Below are positions 49,400-63,112 of a stretch of 64,000 bases of DNA, one piece after another. Numbering within the stretch: the first letter of the stretch is position 1; each line of letters begins with the position of its first letter. Both the position numbers and the translations under genes were made by a program. This DNA comes from Leucoraja erinacea (Eukaryota): NCBI RefSeq assembly GCF_028641065.1, contig NW_026576328.1:1-64000 (forward strand), in the 5' to 3' direction. Below the pieces are notes generated by a model. The model was not told where the DNA came from and ran no database searches. It saw only the letters and a program-made list of their open reading frames with translations.

Positions 49400-49730
49400 A
49401 GATCATACGATCATAAGTGATAGGAGCAGAAGTAGGTCAGAATTATGGTTATATGGTTATATAGGTCATTCGGTCCGTAAAGTCTGCTCAGCCACTCAAT
49501 CATGGCTGATCTATTTATCACTCATTCTCCTGCCTTCTTCCCATAACCCAATCTGACACCCGTACTAATCAAGAATCTATCCATCTCTGCCTTAAATATA
49601 TCAAATAACGGCCTCCACAGCCTCCTGTAGCACAGATTCACCACCATCCGACTAAAGAAATCCCCCCTAATCTCGCTACCACCAGTGGAAACATCATCTA
49701 CACATCCACTCACTATTATGTATGTTTCAA

Positions 49731-49766
<36 letters not shown>

Positions 49767-51200
49767 TTCCTCTAAACTCAAGCGAGTGCTGGTCCACTTT
49801 TATCAACGCCTCCTGGACGCAATCCAGAGCTCCGATAGGGAGCTCAGAATTGCTCACAATATTCCAAATGCAGCCTTATCTGCGCCTGAAGAGCCTCAGC
49901 ATTACATCCCTGGCACTCTTGAAATAAATTGTCACACCCTTTCCGTTCGTGTTCTCTATAGTACTGGAGTTTGGTTCGATTATGTTTATGCATAGTAGTA
50001 GCAGATTTTGATCCGATAACTTTAAATCCGGAACACTATTCGGAGGAAATCTAAATGGAAGCCGATCTTCGATATTCATTAATTAAACGACCCAATTGAG
50101 TTCAGTCGGTGTTTCACGGGTTCTGGCTAAAGTGGATCGCCCGCACTGAAATGGAGTCAGACACGCAGTTATAGAGCCATGGAGACAGAAACAGACCCTT
50201 CGGCCCACCTTCTCTTTGCAGTCAAATCAAATACCCATCTACATTGATCCCATTCACCAGCACTTGGCGAGTAATCTTCTATAGACTATGGCTTGAATTG
50301 ATTGTCCAGATAGTTCTTAAACATTGTGAGAATGTCTGCCTCCACAATCCGGACAGCCAATATGTTCCAGATTACAATCAGCCTCTGTGGCATTAATTGT
50401 TCTTCAGATCTCCTTTAAACCACCTATCTTGCCCTAAACCCATATAATCTAGTCTTAGATACAACTGGCATGTTTGAAAGTATCGAATATAGAACAAGGA
50501 CGGGCACCTGTGCCAGCAATGTCTGTGTCGAACATGATGCCACGTTAAACTAATATCCTCAGACCCTATGTGGTTATTTTCCCTCCCTATCCATCCATAT
50601 TCCTCCATATTCTTCCATATCCCAACATATCCCTCCGTCTATCAACACATTCTTAAACACCACTATCTCTCCACACCACCATCTCCGTCAACACGTTCCA
50701 GGCACTCGCCGCTTTCTGTGCAAACAAAATGTTGCCATGCACACTTCCTTTAAAATAGCTCCGTCTGACCTTAAAGCTGTGCCCTTTAATCTTTGACATT
50801 TCCACCCTGCGGGGAAACAAAACCTAACTGTCGACCCTATCTAGTTCTCTCTTATTTTTCTGTACTTCTATACGTTTTCCCTTTAACCTTTGATGCTTCA
50901 GAGAAATCAGTCCATGTTTGTCAAACCTCTCCTACTCCCGAATTCAGGTATTCTCCTCTGAACCACTGCTGCACCAGTCTCCTGAGCCTTTAAATCCAGC
51001 CTGTAATGGAGCGACCAGAACTACATGAAGTAGTCCAAATGCCGCCTGACCACAGTTCTATAAAGCGACAACTTGACTCTTATGTTCAATATCTCCACCG
51101 ATGAAGGCATGCACACTATACACCTTATTAATCACTATATCTGCCTGTGTTGACACCTACATGGAGCTATGGACTTGCTCTGCAAAACCCCTCCGTAGAT
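49400..51200 (-). mobile_element. Several degraded CR1 3' fragments with unique spacers
   Basis: FFSRMVVNL and DIFKAEMDRFL motifs; gaccagaactacatgaagtagtccaaatg remnant. Confidence 0.55.
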
Positions 51201-51257
51201 CGTTTCCAGTATTTACTACATTTACGCCCGTCATAATTGTTTGCACCTGTATCCGCA

Positions 51258-51547
51258 CAGCGACAGATTTGCTGCATCACAGCGCCAGAACCCTGGGTTC
51301 AATCCTGACTACGGGTGCTGTCTGTACGGAGTTTGTACCTTCTCCCCATGATGGCGTGAGTTTTTCCGGGTGCTTTTTTCTCCCCCACATTCCAAAGACG
51401 CACAGGTTTCTAGGTTAATTGGTTTCGGTAAAATTGTAAATTGTCCCTAATATGTAGGATAATGTAAATGTGCACGGATCGCTGGTTGACGCGGACTTGG
51501 TGGGCCAAAGGACCTGATTCTGCATTGTATCTTGAAACTAAAACTAC
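51258..51547 (+). mobile_element. HE1-like V-SINE
   Basis: gggttcaatcctgactacgggtgctgtctgtacggagtttgtac...aaactaaaacta. Confidence 0.8.
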
Positions 51548-51688
51548 ATCCCATTGAATATCAATATTTCTGGGCAATAAGATAACCACAAATTAATAAT
51601 GGGTGGCACTGTGGCGTAGCGCTGGAGCTGCTGCCTTACTGCGCTGGAGATCTCAGTCCAGGAGGTTTATGGTTTCAAGTGATCAGAC

Positions 51689-51975
51689 TCATTGAAGTGC
51701 CACTTGTGGAACATTGACTCCCTGCAGCAGAGTTGTATGTTCGATGTAACAGGGGGATTTTGCCACATCTTCTCTACTCATTTCAATTGTATTCTTCAGC
51801 TGGTAAGTCCCGTCCCAATTGGGTAACAAATCACTGGATTCAGACTCGTGGATCCCTTCACCATCTCTCAGCCACATTACATCGATGGCCTGTGGGTAGA
51901 AGCCTGTGACAAGGCAGGAGAGTCTCAGTGATTGCGACCCATCACGTTTAATCACAATAAATACCTCAGGGTTTT
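51689..51975 (-). pseudogene. MHC class I-like alpha3 (Ig C1) exon
   Basis: Acceptor cttgcag|AA AAC (phase 1). PEVF..LSCLVTGFYPQAIDVMWLRDG..LLPNWDGTYQL..CYIEH. Reads through to TGA at 51689. Confidence 0.9.
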
Positions 51976-52757
51976 CTGCAAGTGTAAGAAGCGTCAGAAT
52001 CAGTGAAGACACGAAGAAAAAGCTTTCAATTATAAGATCATTCCAACTTACTTCTTTCCCAATCATAATTTTTCTCTAGCTGAACAAAGTTTCCAGCCCA
52101 GACACAAAATGATGCAGTAACTCAGCAGATGAGGCAGAATCTCTGTAGCGACGGAATGCCCAGAGGTGCTACCTGACCCACCGAATTACTCCAATATGTT
52201 GTGTGTATCTTCGGTGTAAACCATCATCATCTGTTCTATATTTTCTGGCAAAACAACAAAACATTTAGTTTAATACAACTTACATGTTCTTTATCTTAGC
52301 TCCACTTTATCTGACAACACAGATGGAAGTGGAATGCAGGGTCCTATGGAGGAGTATAACTCACCACTGGGATTGATACTGTAGATATGATTGCTTCTAT
52401 TTGTTCATGAATCTCTGCTGAATAATAACACTAAATATTCCAAGAGGGAATGGGAGGAAGATGTTCTTCAACCAGAGAACAGTTGGAAATAGGATGTAAC
52501 CATCCTAAGTTGTTATAGAGGCAAATAGAGAATCTGATTGGGTTTCTAATCAGCACAGCAACAGACCCTTCAGGCACAAGGTCAGTGCTAAACATAAGAA
52601 CAAGACACATATCTCTCCATTTCCTGAATATCTGTATGCCCGTGGATAGAGGACACTGGTGCAATATTTATATTTATATTTCACTTGCACTTCCTACCCA
52701 CTGGCTCCATCTAAAAGGCACGTTGCCAGACAATTTACTGATACCCTCGTCCAAGAA

Positions 52758-53063
52758 CAGGGTGGCGAAGTGGCCGAGCTACTGCCTTACAGCGCCAGAG
52801 ACCTGGGTTTGTTACTAACTACGGGTGCTTGTCTTTACAGAATTTGTACGTTCACCCTGTGATCTGCGTGGGTGTTATCCGAGATCTTCGGTTTCCCCTC
52901 ACACTCGAAAGACGTACACATTTGTAGGTTATTTGGGTTGGTATAAATGCAAACTGTCCCCAGTGTGTGTAGGATAGCGTTAGTGTACGGGCACCGCTGG
53001 TCGATGCGGTCTCGGTGGTCCAAAGGGCCCGTTTCCGAACTGTATCTATAAACTAAACTAAAC
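52758..53063 (+). mobile_element. HE1-like V-SINE in the MHC intron
   Basis: gagctactgccttacagcgccagagacctggg...tgtatctataaactaaactaaac. Confidence 0.8.
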
Positions 53064-53159
53064 AATTGCTCAAGTGACAGCCTGAAGTGCGGGATTTTCC
53101 ACCTGATCGATCTAGAGGATATCCCCGGGCCCAACAGTCAGAATGATTACGTCCTGTGC

Positions 53160-53441
53160 CGCTCCTATGTGGTGCTTCTTGTCCACACTCCAGATATATC
53201 AGCAGCCACTTCACTCAGTCCTTCTCCAGGAGATCTTTGAAATACTTGTTTATGACGGTGTTGACATTCCACCGATCTACTAGCACCTGGAAATCTGGCC
53301 ATAGTGCAATCCAGCGCATTATGTCCTTGTCGAAAGCACAGGCATCCTCCCCATCATAACCCAGTCTGACAAACCCATCAGTGGAATTGTCAAAGTCCAC
53401 TTCACAGCCGCAGAAATCCTGGACAAAGAAAAGAGCGGGGG
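53160..53441 (-). pseudogene. MHC class I-like alpha2 exon with a stop at the Cys164 position
   Basis: VQDFCGCEVDFDNSTDGFVRLGYDGEDACAFDKDIMRWIA...DRWN...LLEKD*VKWLLIYLECGQEA. TGA at 53215-53217. Phase-1 donor is GC. The acceptor could alternatively be 53418. Confidence 0.9.
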
Positions 53442-53607
53442 CTGAGGTAAGGGTGGAGGATTTGGGTTGGAGGGAGGGAGGTGGAGGGGAGAGGCAATTA
53501 ACAAATCAGTTCTCAGCATGGTACAAACAGGCATAACAGAACACAACATAGAGCTGAACAGCGCAGGAGCAGGTTTAGTTTAGAGATACAGTGCGGAAAG
53601 AGGCCCT

Positions 53608-54110
53608 TAAAATAGAGAGAGTACAGAGGAGATTTACGAGAATGTTGCCTGGGTTTCAACAACTAAGTTACAGAGATAGGTTGAATAAGTTAGGTCTTTA
53701 TTCTCTGGAGCGCAGAAGGTTAAGGGGGGACTTGATAGAGGTCTTTAAAATGATGAGAGGGATAGACAGAGTTGAGGTGGACAAGGTTTTCCATTTGAGA
53801 ATAGGGAAGATTCAAACAAGGGACATGACTTCAGAATTAAGGGACAGAAGTTTAGGGGTAACATGAGGGGGAACTTCTTTACTCAGAGAGTGGTAGCGGT
53901 GTGGAATGAGCTTCCAGTGGAAGTGGTGGCGGCAGGTTCGTTGGTAACATTTAAAAATAAATTGGATAGGCATATGGATGAGAAGGGAATGGAGGGTTAT
54001 GGTATGAGTGCAGGCAGGTGGGACTAAGGGAAAAAAGTTGTTCGGCACGGACTTGTAGGGCCGAGATGGCCTGTTTCCGTGCTGTAATTGTTATTTGGTT
54101 ATATGGTTAT
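53608..54110 (+). mobile_element. 5'-truncated CR1 ((TATATGGT)n family)
   Basis: ORF 53591-53866 and tail. Confidence 0.9.
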
Positions 54111-54270
54111 ATTCCTTGGAGCGGAGGATGAGGGGCGATCTTATAATGGTGTATCAGATTATGAGATGAATAGATCGGGTAGATGCCCAGAGTCTCTTGC
54201 CCAGAGTAAGTGAATCGTGGAACTGAGGAAAGTGAAGGGGAAAAGATTTAATAGGAATGTAGGGGGTAAC

Positions 54271-54590
54271 TATAGAAACATAGAAACATAGAAATTAGGT
54301 GCAGGAGTAGGCCATTCGTCCCTTCGAGCCTGCACCGCCATTCAATATGATCATGGCTGATCATCCAACTCAGTATCCCGTACCGGCCTTCTCGTCATAC
54401 CCTCTGATCCCCTTGGCCATAAGGGCCACATCTACCTCCCTCTTAAATATAGCCAATGAACTGGCCTCAACTACCCTCTGTGGCAGACAGTTCCAGAGAT
54501 TCACCACTCTCTGTGTGAAAAAAGTTCTCCTCGTCTCGGTTTTAAAGGATTTCCCCCTTATCCTTAAGCTGTGACCCCTTGTCCTGGACA
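54271..54590 (-). mobile_element. 5'-truncated CR1 nested in an older plus-strand CR1 (54110-54800)
   Basis: aactata duplicated at 54268-54274 and 54590-54596; atagaaac tail. Confidence 0.88.
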
Positions 54591-55273
54591 ACTATATCAC
54601 ACGAAGGGCGGTGAATGCATAGCAGGAGCTGCCAGAGAAGGTAGTTGAGGCAGGGACCACCCCAACCATTAAAAAACAGTTAAACATGTACATAGATAGG
54701 AAAGGTTGAGTGGGATATTGACCAAATGCTGGGAGGTGGGACGCGTGAAGATGGAACATGTTGGCCGGTGTAGGCAATTTGAGCCGAAGGACCGGTTTCT
54801 AGAATACCTCTATGGCTCGCCAACTCTTATAGTGAATACAATAATATTCGGGTTGAGATTTCTTCTGTAAATATCAAACGCTTTACGTTCATGCCTTACT
54901 ATATGATATTCCAATTGATAGAACTGTTTTCACGTACATTAAGGTACATCATCATATTCTTTATCGAAAGGATGTGAACTTGAGTGACGTTGAGCAGTTT
55001 GGCATAGCGGTTCTGTTCAGATTTTCGTGAATTAAGTTATGGCCTTCATTTGTCGACAGTAAAGCTAGGCTTCCTTCTTCAATGATCAAGACATATTTAG
55101 CCGCTAGTGCTGAATTGACGTCCTTGCTCCAATTCGAGATACCTTAAACCATTTGTTATATCTATCGCCTAAGGTTAAGTGCAATCGGAACCAACGCCTT
55201 TTGGAATTCAACAGAGTTCAATCTTGGCATTACACCACAAGGTCTAGCATGTCTAATAAATGCACCTAAATAC

Positions 55274-55328
55274 CACGTAAGAGAAGTAATGGAATGAAAA
55301 GTAACGGAAAGACAAAGAAAAGTAGCAT
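55274..55328 (-). other. Candidate signal-peptide exon of the MHC class I-like gene
   Basis: aaaATG, MLLFFVFPLLFIPLLLLR+G|GTATTT. 55 nt, phase 1, correct strand and position. It could arise by chance in pyrimidine-rich sequence. Confidence 0.45.
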
Positions 55329-55739
55329 TTTCCTAGATTAATTTCGTAGTTGTTCAAAATGTTCTCTTTCCAACTGCTGACGAAATAGTCGGTGGCAAAT
55401 AAATTGGTTGCATCTCACGGCAAACGTTTCCAATTGGTCTGCTGCAATGTTTAGTTCCCAGGCTACCAAATGATCACACAATTAACGCAACCGATAAGCA
55501 GACAGATTAGTAATATTTTGTTATATGTGGAATGACAAAAAAAGAAGAAATATAATTCTATGCAGGATAATTCAAATATCAAAACAGATATATGCAGTAG
55601 CCATGGATGCACATAAATGCATGTCACTAACGGACATGTGAATTATACTGCGTTTCCATAGAGGAACAATGATAAAGAGGCGTGGGATTATGCTGCAAAC
55701 ATCTTTTTTTTTAACTACACACCCATTGGATTATTCCAG

Positions 55740-57215
55740 GAATCCCAGGAATCAGCCTGGTGAACCTTCTCTGTACTCCATCTATGGCAAGAATGTATTC
55801 CTCAGATTAGGAGAACAAGACTGTACGCTATACTCCAGATGTGGTCTCACCAAGACCCTGTACAACTGCAGTAGAACCTCCCCTCCTATATTCAACTCCT
55901 TTTGCTATGAATGCTAACACACCATTCGCCTTCTTCACCGCCTGCTGCACCTGCATGCCTACCTTTAATGACTGGTGTACCATGACACCCAGGTCTCGTT
56001 GCATCTCCCCTTTTCCTAATCGGCCACCATTCAGATAATAGTCTACTTTCCTGTTTTACCACCGAAGTAGATAACCTCACATATATCCACATTTTACTGC
56101 ATCTGCCATACATTTGCCCACTCACCCAGCCTATCCAAGTCACCTTGCAGCCTCCTAGCATCCTCCTCACAGCTAACAATAATAATAATAATAATAAATT
56201 TTATTTATAGGCGCCTCTCAAGTCTCAAGGAAACCTTACAAAATTTAGCAAATAGAGTAAAAACATGTAAGCGGAATGAAATAAATAGTAAAGACATCAC
56301 CAGTACACAAATTAAAGACATAATTCAATCCAAAGACAAAAATCAAAAACACAATATGAAGAGAGAGCAGCGGCAGCTAAAGCACGCCAGCGTACACTCC
56401 CCCTTCCGGCAGCCATCTCGGACACAGAATAATAGAATCATTTACACACAAAAAAAAATACCCCCAGCTCAGTGTCATCCGCAAACTTGGAGATGTTGCA
56501 TTCAATTCCCTCGTCGAAATCATTAATATATATTGTAAATAGCTGGGATCCCAGCCTTGCATTCCAAGAAATCCTCTTCCTCAGCACCCCTGCCAATTTG
56601 ATTCACCCAATCTATATGTAGATTGAAGTCACCCATTATAACTGTTTTACCTTTGTTGCAAGCATTTCTAATTGCCTGTTTCATGCCATCCCCAACTCCA
56701 CTACTACTGTTAGGTGGCCTGTACACAACTCCCACTAGCGTTTTCTTCCACTTAGTGTTTCGCAGCTCTACCCATATTGATTCCACATCCAACAAGCTAA
56801 TGCTCTTCCTTTCTATTGCGTTAATCTTCTCTCTAACCAGGAACGCTACCCCAACTCCTTTTCCTTTCTGTCCATCCCTCCTGAATATTGAATATCCCTG
56901 GATGTTCAGCTCCCTGCCTTGGTCACCATGGAGCCATGTCTCCGTGATCCCAACTATATCTTGGTCATTAATAGCTATCTGCACATTCAACTCATACACC
57001 ATATTAGGAATGCTCCTTGCATTGAGACACAAAGCCTTCAGGCTTGTTTTTACAACACTCTTACCCCTTATACAATTATGTTGAAGAGTGGCCCTTTTTG
57101 ATTTTTGCCTTGGATTTGTCTGCCTGCCACTTTTGCTTCTCACCTTGCTACCTATTGCTTCTACCCTCATTTTACACCCATCCGTCTCTCTGCTCACACA
57201 TTTAAGAAACCCACC
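55740..57215 (-). mobile_element. CR1 fragments with L2 tail (55740-56455 duplicates ~31030-31735)
   Basis: NARS, GITETWL, IMGDFN in ORF 56523-57197; identical CR1/L2 junction. Confidence 0.85.
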
Positions 57216-57621
57216 ACCTCTTATTCTTTTATTTTTTCATTTTTTCTTCTTCCCCCCCTACATGTTGGGTCTGAGTGCTTCCCTTCTCTGCCTCCTGCCG
57301 GAACCATTCTAGTTTAAAGTCTCCATGTATTGTAAACTTGTATTTATCTATGCATTGTATACTTGTATTTGTACTCATGCATTTTAAATATGTATGCCAT
57401 GTTTTATACTTTGGCAATATAACAATGTATTTTATCCTGTTTGCCAGCTTGTTGACCCTCTGTGTTCCCCTCCTGCAGCGTTTAGGGGCCATTGCTGTGG
57501 ACGGAGAGACGGGGACGTGAGCAGCCATTGAGGACGCCCAGGGTGCCGGTGACCCCCCCCCCCCCCCCCCCCCCCCCCAACTGCTTGGTGTGCGGGTTGA
57601 GCTTCGAGGGGCTGAGCTTCG

Positions 57622-58561
<940 letters not shown>

Positions 58562-59632
58562 TGATGAGTCCACACCGGCCAGCGCCACTTCACCTGCCCG
58601 CTCTACGGCAAGACCATTGCCCGCTCCTCCAGCCTGCTGGCACAACGCCATGTGGATAGATAGGCGCTGTTTAGGTAGACACAAAATGCAGGAAGGAATG
58701 GGTAACGTTTCAGGGTCGAGATCCCATCTTCAGTGTCGACCCGAAACGTCACTCGTTCCTTGTCTCCAGAGATGCTGCCTGTCCCACTGAGTTACTCCAG
58801 CACTTTGTGTTAGTCATAGAGGGATACAGTATGGAAACAGGCCCTTCGGCCCAACTTGCCCACACCGGCCAACATGTGCCAGCTACACTGGTCCCACCTG
58901 CCTGTGTTTGGTCCATTTCCCTCCAAACTTGTCCTATCCATGTAACTGTCTAAATGTTTCTTGGGATAGTCACAGCCTCAACTACCTCCTCTGACAGTTT
59001 GTTCCACATTCCCATCACCTCATGTGTGAAAAAGTTACCCCTCAGTTTATTTTTAAATCTTTTCCCCTTCACCTTGAACCCGTCCTCTGGTCTTCGATTC
59101 CCCCGCTCTGGGCAAGAGATTCTGTACATCTAACTAAATTGTGTTCTATGCAAGATTCCTGTATCTGCAGTTTCTTGTGTCTCCCTCACCTATATCCACC
59201 TATCTGTTCTGAAGAAGGGTCTCAACCTGAAACGTCACCCATTCCTTCTCTCTAGAGATGCTGCCTGTCCCGCTGAGTTACTCCAGCATTTTGTGTGCAC
59301 CTATCACTCTCCAGGCTTTGCCCAGCCCCCATCTCTCTTTTGCAGCTTCCTCCCCCCACCCTCTACACTCAGTCTGAAGAAGGGTCCTGACTCAAAACGT
59401 CATCTGTCCATTCCCTCTAAAGCGGTGGAGGAACAGTGGGTCAGGCCGCATCTGTAGAGGGAAAGGACCACTCCCACCTCTCCTTTCCAACTTTCTCCAC
59501 CCCCCCACCAAGCAGTCTGAAGAAGGTTCCTGACCTAGAATGTTGCCTGTCCATGCTCTCCAGACGTGCAAGTTACTCTAGGAGATTGTGTCTCTTTTTG
59601 TAAACCAGCATCTGCTGTTCCTTCTTTACGTA

Positions 59633-61775
59633 CGTGAAGTGGAAAACATTAGTTAAGACCAAAGTTGCATTCTTGAAGACTGAAAAAGGTGAACTTATTA
59701 TGGGGAACAAGGAAATGCCAGATGAGTTGAACAGGTACTTTGTTTCCGTCTTCACTAAGGAGGACGCAAACAATCTTCCTGATGTACTAGTGGCCAGAGG
59801 ATCTGGGGTGATGGAGGAACTGAAGGAAATTCACATTAGGCAGGAAATGGTGTTGGGTAGACTGATGGGACTGAAGGCTGATAAATCCCTGGGGCCTGTT
59901 GGTCTGCATCCCAGGGCATCCCAGGGAGTGGCTCTAGAAATCGTGGATGCATTGGTGATAATTTTCCAATGTTCTATAGACTCAGGGTCAGTTCCTGCGG
60001 ATTGGTGGGTAGCTAATGTTATTGCACTTTTTAAGATAGTTGGGAGAGAGAAGACAGCGAATTATAGACCAGTTAGGTTGACATTGGTGGAGGGGAAGAT
60101 GCTGGAGTCAATTATAAAAGATGAAATAGCCGCATATTTGGATAGGAGTAACATGATTGGTCTGAGTCAGCACGGATTTACTAAAGGGAAATCATGCTTG
60201 ACTAATCTTCTGGAATATTTTGAGGATGTAACTGGGAAAATGGACAAGGGAAAGCGAGTGGATGTTTACCTGGACTTTCAGAAAGCATTTGATAAGGTTC
60301 CACATGGAAGATTAGTGGGAAAATGTAGGGCATAGGGTATTGGGGATAGAGTGCTGACATGGATAGAAAATTGGTTGGCAGACGAAACGGGTCCCTTTCA
60401 GAATGGCAGGCAGTGACAAGTGGGGTACCGCAAGGCTCGGTGCTGGGACCGCAGCTATTTACAATATACATCAATGAAGAGATTTAAAAGTAACATTAGC
60501 AAATTTGCAGATGGCACACAGCTGGGTGGCAGTGTGAACTGTGAGGAGGATGCTATGAGAATGCAGGGTGACTTGCACAGGTTGGGTGAGTGGGGGGATG
60601 CATGGCAGATGCAGTTTAATGTGGAGAAATGTGAAGTTATCCACTTTGGTAGCAAAAACAGAAAGGCAGATTATTATCTAAATGGTGTCAAGTTGGGAAA
60701 TGTGGAAGTACAACGGGATCTTGGGGTCCTTGTTCATCAGTGACTGAAAGTAAGCAGGCAGGTACAACAGGTAGTGGAGAAAGCGAATGGCCTGTTGGCC
60801 ATTATAACAAGAGCAAAGAGGCTCTTCTGCAGTTGTACAGGGCCCTAGTGAGACCGCACCTGGAGTATTGTGTGCAGTTTTGGTCTCCAAAGATTCACAA
60901 GTTTTATTCCCGGGATGGCGGGACTGTCATATGCTGAGAGAATGGAGGGGATGGACTGTATACTCTGGAGTTTGGAGGGATGAGAGGATATCTTACTCTC
61001 ATCCTTCTAAACTTACAAAATTCTTAAGGGGTTGAACAGGCTAGATGCAGGAAGATTGTTCCCGATGTTAGGGAAGTCCAGGACAAGGGGTCACAGCTTA
61101 AGGATAAGGGGGAAATCCTTTAAAACCGAGATGAGAAGAACTTTTTTCACGCAGAGAGTGGTGAATCTCTGGAAGTCTCTGCCACAGAGGGTAGTTGAGG
61201 CCAGTTCATTGGCTATATTTAAGAGGGAGTTAGATGTGGCCCTTGTGGCTAAGGGGATCAGGGGTATGGGAGAGAGGGCAGGTACGGGATACTGAGTTGG
61301 ATGATCAGCCATGATCATATTGAATGGCGGTGCAGGCTCGAAGGGCCGAATGGCCTACTCCTGCACCTAATTTCTATGTTTCTATGTTTCTATCTTATCG
61401 AAACATGTAGGATTTTTAAGGGTTTGGACACGCTAGAGGCAGGATACATGTTCCCAATGTTGGGGGAGTTCCAGAACCAGGGGCCACAGGTTAAGAATAA
61501 GGGGCAAGCCATTTAGAACGGAGATGAGCAACCTTTTCACACAGACAGTTGTGAGTTTGTGGAATTCCCTGCCTCAGAATGCGGTGGAGGCCGGTTCACT
61601 GGATGCTTTCAAGCGAGAGCTAGATAGGGGTCTTAAAGACAGCGGAGTCAGGGGATATGGGGAGAAGGTTGGAACGGGGTACTGATTGTGGATGATCAGC
61701 CATGATCACATTGAATGGTGGTGCTGGTTTGAAGGGCCGAATGGCCTGCACCTGCACCTATTGTCTCTTGTCTAA
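59633..61775 (+). mobile_element. CR1 RT to 3' end, with a nested CR1 at ~60996-61390
   Basis: ORFs 59634-60335, 60420-60743 and 61032-61295. tatctta duplicated at 60989-60995 and 61391-61397. Confidence 0.9.
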
Positions 61776-61854
61776 TGTCTATTGTATGAGGACTAGGCCT
61801 GGATTTCCCCCTACACGTGCGCTCGGTCCTCCAAGGCCTGCTGGTCCTCCAGGT

Positions 61855-62135
61855 TGCCAATCATTTTCACTCCCCTTCCCACTCCCACTGATGGTTCTGT
61901 CCTGGGCCTCCTCCATTGCCAGAGTGAGGTGACACGCAAACTGGAGGAACAGCACCTCATAGCTTACAGCCCAATGACATGAACATTGAATTCTCCAAAT
62001 TAAGTAGACTGCCCCCTCCTAATCAAGTCCTGGAGTCTGTCCCAACCCCATCTCTTTTTTCCAGCTTTCTCCCCCGACTCCATCAGTCCAAAGAAGGGTC
62101 CAGACCCGACACGTCACCTGTCCATTCCCCTCCAA
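61855..62135 (+). mobile_element. Penelope-like 3' fragment
   Basis: LGLLHCQSEVTRKLEEQHL...MNIEFS plus a gaagggtccagacccgacacgtcacc motif. Confidence 0.75.
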
Positions 62136-62324
62136 AGTGCCGGTAGAACTCAGCAGGTCAGCCATCCGTGGTGGGAAACGGATAGAGAAGTGTTCCTATT
62201 ACAAGCTCTCATTGGCCCTGTCAAGAATGCGGTGTCCATTCTTGGGATGGGATGCAAGGTCCGAGCTGACCAGTCATCGACAGCCCCCCCTTCCCTTCCC
62301 TTCCCTCGTGGGCCATCTCTTTGT

Positions 62325-62812
62325 CATTCCTCTGTCTTCTGCTTGCTGGATGACAAGCAGAACCATCTTGGCTTAACAGTAGATGTATCTTCTTCCTTTT
62401 GGCCTCTCGTTTCTGCAGGTATTTACAGCGGAATCAAAACTACTTCCCTTAGGTCTTGATCTTCCTTTTGTTTTAGTAAAGGTAGAACCTTTGACAGTTG
62501 CGATTGGTTTAGGATCTTGAATACTCCCATAGCGTAAATTTGACATGAACCGTACTTCCTTTTCTATGAAGTTCCCCAGATCAGGAAGCATGGCCTCTCC
62601 ATTCTCATTTTCCTCTAACAGACCAGCTTTATCTTTTCTAGTCTATAGGGCAGTTTTAGAGTGATCATTTTCATATTGCTAACAACATTCATTTCTTGCA
62701 TGTGGTCTAAGAGGGTAGTCATTTCTTTCATACTTCTAAGAAATATCGCAAACTCCCGCAATGCTTTCGCATCTTCTGGCTGGATAGCTGTCCAAGCATA
62801 GGCCTTCTTCAT
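62325..62812 (-). mobile_element. BEL/Pao LTR retrotransposon gag fragment
   Basis: KKAYAWTAIQPEDAKALREFAIFLR...MITLKLPYRL...DLGNFIEKEVRFMSN..YG. Confidence 0.75.
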
Positions 62813-62859
62813 GAGGATGTCTTTGGATCATGGAAGTTTAAAGGGACTTTTATGTAGTG

Positions 62860-63112
62860 TGTTGGCAGCGAGCGGCAACTGCGGAGGGTTCAACAGCCCC
62901 GACCACGGGTGAACAAAAGGGGAAGATGATGTTACTTTATTACCTTCCATCACAGTGAGGAATGTGGATTCCGCTGTGGCGGATGTTTATGTTAGATTTT
63001 ATTGTATGTAGCTGTGTGTCTTGTTGCTTTTTACTTAGTATTGCTGTACGGTAACTCAAATATCACTGTACCTTAATTGGTGGATGTGACAATAAATTCC
63101 AACTTGAACTTG
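62860..63112 (+). mobile_element. Non-autonomous retroelement with Rex/Babar-type tail
   Basis: cactgtaccttaattggtggatgtgacaataaa...aacttgaacttga. Confidence 0.5.

Noticed and set aside
49733-49766. Poly-Pro/poly-Gly ORFs
   Set aside because: Poly-C homopolymer inside a CR1 remnant.
54960-55135. Minus-strand frame containing ENLNRT as a possible MHC alpha1 end
   Set aside because: No alpha1 motifs and no phase-1 donor after the sequon.
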